Both the position numbers and the translations under genes were made by a program. 64,000 nucleotides of DNA from Armatimonadota bacterium. Its GTDB lineage: Bacteria > Armatimonadota > Fimbriimonadia > Fimbriimonadales > GBS-DC. Below are positions 60,857 to 64,000 of the stretch, one piece after another (position 1 is the stretch's first letter; every line of letters starts with the position of its first letter). Below the pieces are notes generated by a model. The model was not told the origin of the DNA. It was given only the letters and a program-made list of their open reading frames with translations, and did not search any database. The DNA lies in the NCBI GenBank assembly GCA_037445735.1, contig JBBIJY010000014.1, positions 20,297 to 84,296 of the forward strand, written 5' to 3'.

Positions 60857-62606
60857 TGTCCACCTCTATTGCATGGTTCGCCGTCCAGATGTCCTCTCCT
60901 GTTAGCAGTTCGTCATAATCGTGCAGTCTCCAGCGCAGGGTCGGATAGCCGTAGTAGGTCTCCTCTTCGAGTTCGAACACCACATCGATTCGGGTTTGGG
61001 GTTCGAGCGGCTGGTCGCCCCCGCCCCACAGCACGGCGTCCAGCACTGGTGAGCCTTCAGGGCGGATTTTAAGGAACAGATGCTTGCCATCGCGGCTGGT
61101 GCGGCTGCCCACCACCTGCACATCGCGGCACAGAAACAGTGGTGCCTCGTTGCCCACGCCGAACGGCTCCAGCAGTTTCAGCTCGCTCAATAGCCGTCCG
61201 TTCATCTCGTGCCCCTGCACCTGCAGGTCGATCCAAAGCTCTGGCACCAGGTCGTCGTCGGTCAGCGCGCGCTCGGCGGTCTCCAGCACCAGCTGGCGCA
61301 GTTCGTCGAGCCGCTCCAGCGCGACCACGAACCCGCCTGCAGCGGGATGACCGCCGCACCGCTGGCAGACGGCTTTCATCGAGTCGAGCAGCCGCGTGAG
61401 ATCGAAGGCGGGGATGCTGCGAATGGAGCCGCGCGCCAGCCCCGCCTCGTGTTCAAGGCTGACCACGAAGGTGGGGCGATAGAACAGCTTCACAAGGTTG
61501 CTGGCGACCAGCCCGATTATGCCGTGATGCCAGCCGAGCGAGCGCACGAAGAGTGCCCGATGGCGCAGGAGACCCTCCTGCTCGATTTGCGCCAGCGCCT
61601 CGTCGAGAATCGCCTGCTGGAGCTGCTGACGCTGACGGTTATGGCGGTTCAACTCCTGGGCAAGCATTCGCGCCGTGTCCTCATCCTGTTCCATCAGCAG
61701 CTGCAACGCGAGGCGAGCATCTTCCAGTCGCCCGGCGGCGTTCAGGCGGGGCGCAATCATGAAGCCGATATCGCGTGCCGTGAGGCGTCGCTTGCCCAGC
61801 CCTGCCACCTCGATCAGCTGTTTGAGTCCCACGCGCGGTGTGGTCATCAGCCGTTCCAGCCCGCACGCCACCACGATGCGGTTCTCGCCCAGCAGCGGCA
61901 TCACATCGGCAACGGTGCCAATCGCGACCAGCTCCAGCACCGCCTGACGGAACTTATCGACGGAGTAGCCCAGCGTGCGCACCAGCGCTTCCGCCACACG
62001 GAACGATACGCCCACACCGCTGAGATCGGCGAAGGGGTAGCGCGAATCGGGGCGATGGGGATTCACCACCGCCAGCGCGTTCGGCAGCGTGCTGTCAGGC
62101 TGATGATGGTCGGTAATCAGCACCTCCAGCCCGGCGGCGTTGAGCGCGTCGACGGCGTGATGGGCGCGCACGCCGCAATCGCAGGTCAGTACCAGCTTTG
62201 CCCCGATCTGGCGCGCGGCTTCAATCGCGTTCGGGTGCAGATCATAGCCCTCTTCATGGCGGCGGGGCAACATTGGCTCCGCCGGCACGCCCAGCCGACG
62301 CAGTGTGAACAACCACAGCGCCGTGGAGGTAACCCCGTCCGCATCATAGTCGCCGTAGACCAGCACGGGTTCCCGATTCCGGAACGCTCGCACCAGCCGT
62401 TGAACAACCTTCTCGCAATCGGGCAGGAGAAGCGGGTCCGCTAAATCGCTCAGCGAGGGATGGAGGAAGCGGTAGGCGTCGGTGGGCTCGGTGTAGCCGC
62501 GTGCCGTGAGCAGCTGCGCCAGCGGGCGACTGATGTTCAGCTCGCGCTGAAGATGCTCCGCTGCTTTCGGGTCTGTCGGGCGTACGCGCCAGCGGTATCT
62601 CGCCAT
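60828..62606 (-). CDS. recJ: Single-stranded-DNA-specific exonuclease
   Basis: YGDYDADG, TCDCG, TDHH, GTVADV, PRLNAAGR, RGSIRS, GGHPAAGG, LEPFGVGN. Confidence 0.95.
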   Translation of the reverse strand: MARYRWRVRPTDPKAAEHLQRELNISRPLAQLLTARGYTEPTDAYRFLHPSLSDLADPLLLPDCEKVVQRLVRAFRNREPVLVYGDYDADGVTSTALWLFTLRRLGVPAEPMLPRRHEEGYDLHPNAIEAARQIGAKLVLTCDCGVRAHHAVDALNAAGLEVLITDHHQPDSTLPNALAVVNPHRPDSRYPFADLSGVGVSFRVAEALVRTLGYSVDKFRQAVLELVAIGTVADVMPLLGENRIVVACGLERLMTTPRVGLKQLIEVAGLGKRRLTARDIGFMIAPRLNAAGRLEDARLALQLLMEQDEDTARMLAQELNRHNRQRQQLQQAILDEALAQIEQEGLLRHRALFVRSLGWHHGIIGLVASNLVKLFYRPTFVVSLEHEAGLARGSIRSIPAFDLTRLLDSMKAVCQRCGGHPAAGGFVVALERLDELRQLVLETAERALTDDDLVPELWIDLQVQGHEMNGRLLSELKLLEPFGVGNEAPLFLCRDVQVVGSRTSRDGKHLFLKIRPEGSPVLDAVLWGGGDQPLEPQTRIDVVFELEEETYYGYPTLRWRLHDYDELLTGEDIWTANHAIEVDSGTGWFDTG

Positions 62607-62709
62607 CCATCCCTCCTGACGGCGCGATTATACCCTGCTCACAAAATGCGCCCGTGCCCTCCACCAGCAGACTGTGAAGAATGTATAGTCAGGTATAATC
62701 TATCGCAAG

Positions 62710-62915
62710 ATGAAACTCATGACCGCCCTGCATGGGCAATATGTGGTGGATGCTGAAGGCAATCCCGTCGCTGTTATACTGGCATCAAGGTCTATCAGCA
62801 ACTGCTGGATGCATTGGAAGAGCTGGAGGCTGTCCAGGCGTATGACGCCGCCAGAGCTTTAGGCGAGCAACCGATCCCACCGGATGAAGCCTTTCTGTTG
62901 CTTGAGAGGCGGTGA
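62710..62915 (+). pseudogene. Frameshifted type II antitoxin remnant
   Basis: QYVVDAEGNPVAVIL in one frame continues as IKVYQQLLDALEELEAVQAYDAA...PIPPDEAF in another; shift near 62780; no toxin gene follows. Confidence 0.6.
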
Positions 62916-62940
62916 GATTATTCGAGCAATTATCAAGGTG

Positions 62941-63405
62941 ATGAAACGCTATCGATGGTGGCTGCTATCTGTTGTGCTGCTGGCGGCCTTGTCTTGCGCT
63001 GTTGGCTTTGTGTGGTCGCTGAGCCTGTCTCTGCGCTCTGTCGTGAAGGTTGCAGATGAGGCTGTTCTCGCGCTATTCCGTGGTGACCTCAACAACTTGG
63101 GCAAACTAACGCGGTGCGACGCCTGTGCAGCACGTATTCATCGAAAGTGGCGAAGCATTATAGATCGGCAAGGCAAACTGCGTAGTTGGCAATTTAAGCG
63201 TGTTGTGTTGATTTTTGATTGGGGATCAAGGATTTCAGAGGAGCATGCTGACCACGCCGGACACTATAGTGTAGAGTATCGGCTGAGCTTTGGGAAAAAT
63301 CGCGAAGCCACAGTAAGTTTGGAGATTGCCGATTCGGATGATGGCTATCGGGTCTGCAACATCGATGAGGTAAAGGTCCATGAATTGAAATTCCGATTTC
63401 CTTAG
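62941..63405 (+). CDS. Hypothetical membrane-anchored/exported protein, lower GC
   Basis: MKRYRWWLLSVVLLAAL signal/TM segment; AAGGTG before the ATG. Confidence 0.5.
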   Translation: MKRYRWWLLSVVLLAALSCAVGFVWSLSLSLRSVVKVADEAVLALFRGDLNNLGKLTRCDACAARIHRKWRSIIDRQGKLRSWQFKRVVLIFDWGSRISEEHADHAGHYSVEYRLSFGKNREATVSLEIADSDDGYRVCNIDEVKVHELKFRFP

Positions 63406-63484
63406 AGACTGTCCAAGGATTCACTACCTGAACCAGACGGCTTCAGCTGCTCAGTTGCAAAAGACACCCGATTGGACACAGGTT

Positions 63485-63573
63485 GCACCCCCTCCTGCAG
63501 GTTCCCCCCCGCTGCGTGAGGGGAACCAAGCCGCGGTTCCCCTTGCGAAGCAGGGGGAACTCACGGAGGGGGT
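63485..63573. repeat. Second palindromic repeat family (full double-hairpin copy)
   Basis: ccccctcc..ggttcccccc..ggggaacc..ggttcccc..gggggaac..ggaggggg. Confidence 0.7.
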
Positions 63574-63614
63574 ACTGGTCAATCTCGGCATGCTCAATTA
63601 TCGCCTCTGAATCC

Positions 63615-63860
63615 TTATCTCAATATCCATCCGCGGATCCGATTACGCGTGTTGAAGACCCACAACGAATAGACCAGTACAAATACAACAACTCTCACCG
63701 TCCATACCTCCAGGCTCGTGTCGACCCTCCCGTCCCACACATAGTCGACCATCCCCTTTAGTACCAACCAGGGGATCAATCCTGCAATCAGGGCTATCAG
63801 GTAGCGAATTACTCTCATTAGTAGAACACTGCCCTGCTTCTGGTCCCTGCCATTAGCCAT
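63615..63860 (-). CDS. Small two-TM hypothetical protein, lower GC
   Basis: GGAGG RBS, two hydrophobic segments. Confidence 0.5.
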   Translation of the reverse strand: MANGRDQKQGSVLLMRVIRYLIALIAGLIPWLVLKGMVDYVWDGRVDTSLEVWTVRVVVFVLVYSLWVFNTRNRIRGWILR

Positions 63861-64000
63861 TATTTCGCCTCCCATCTATCTATAGACCGCTGCAGGCGCA
63901 GGCGAATATGCACCACTGGCACCCGACTTCGCCATCAGGTCCCCCCGCCTGCTCCAGTGCCTGAACCCCACTTGATTACCCCTCCTCATAACCCATCCCC

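Overview
High-GC bacterial chromosome segment. It is probably from Armatimonadota; this is inferred from three prepilin-cleavage/H-X9-DG (DUF1559-type) genes, a PEP-CTERM protein and a 'DDADLL.VLF.FG' dockerin-like tail. Most of the window is housekeeping genes in short mixed operons: mrdA, PBP1A, coaBC, rpmE, accA/accD, tyrA, a lone nuoL, acs, rdgB, a D-Ala-D-Ala carboxypeptidase, ppdK, glnE and recJ. The most notable feature is a compact four-gene minus-strand ubiquitination-like operon at 31690-34274. It encodes a 66-aa Thr/Pro-rich putative modifier ending ..WEDG-IG, a prokaryotic E2 (family E-like, with Cys where Ser is typical), a JAB-peptidase/ThiF-E1 fusion, and a translationally coupled tandem CxxC..HxxC zinc-finger protein. 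Other oddities are a lysine-free AccB paralogue, palindromic REP-like elements inserted in-frame in three enzymes, nested duplications at the PEP-CTERM promoter, a decayed IS5-like element, three decayed toxin-antitoxin genes, a candidate structured RNA, a small ORF with its own promoter and terminator, and Pho-box-like repeats upstream of a phytase. No rRNA, tRNA or CRISPR array was recognised. All calls come from motif recognition by eye; no database searches were run.
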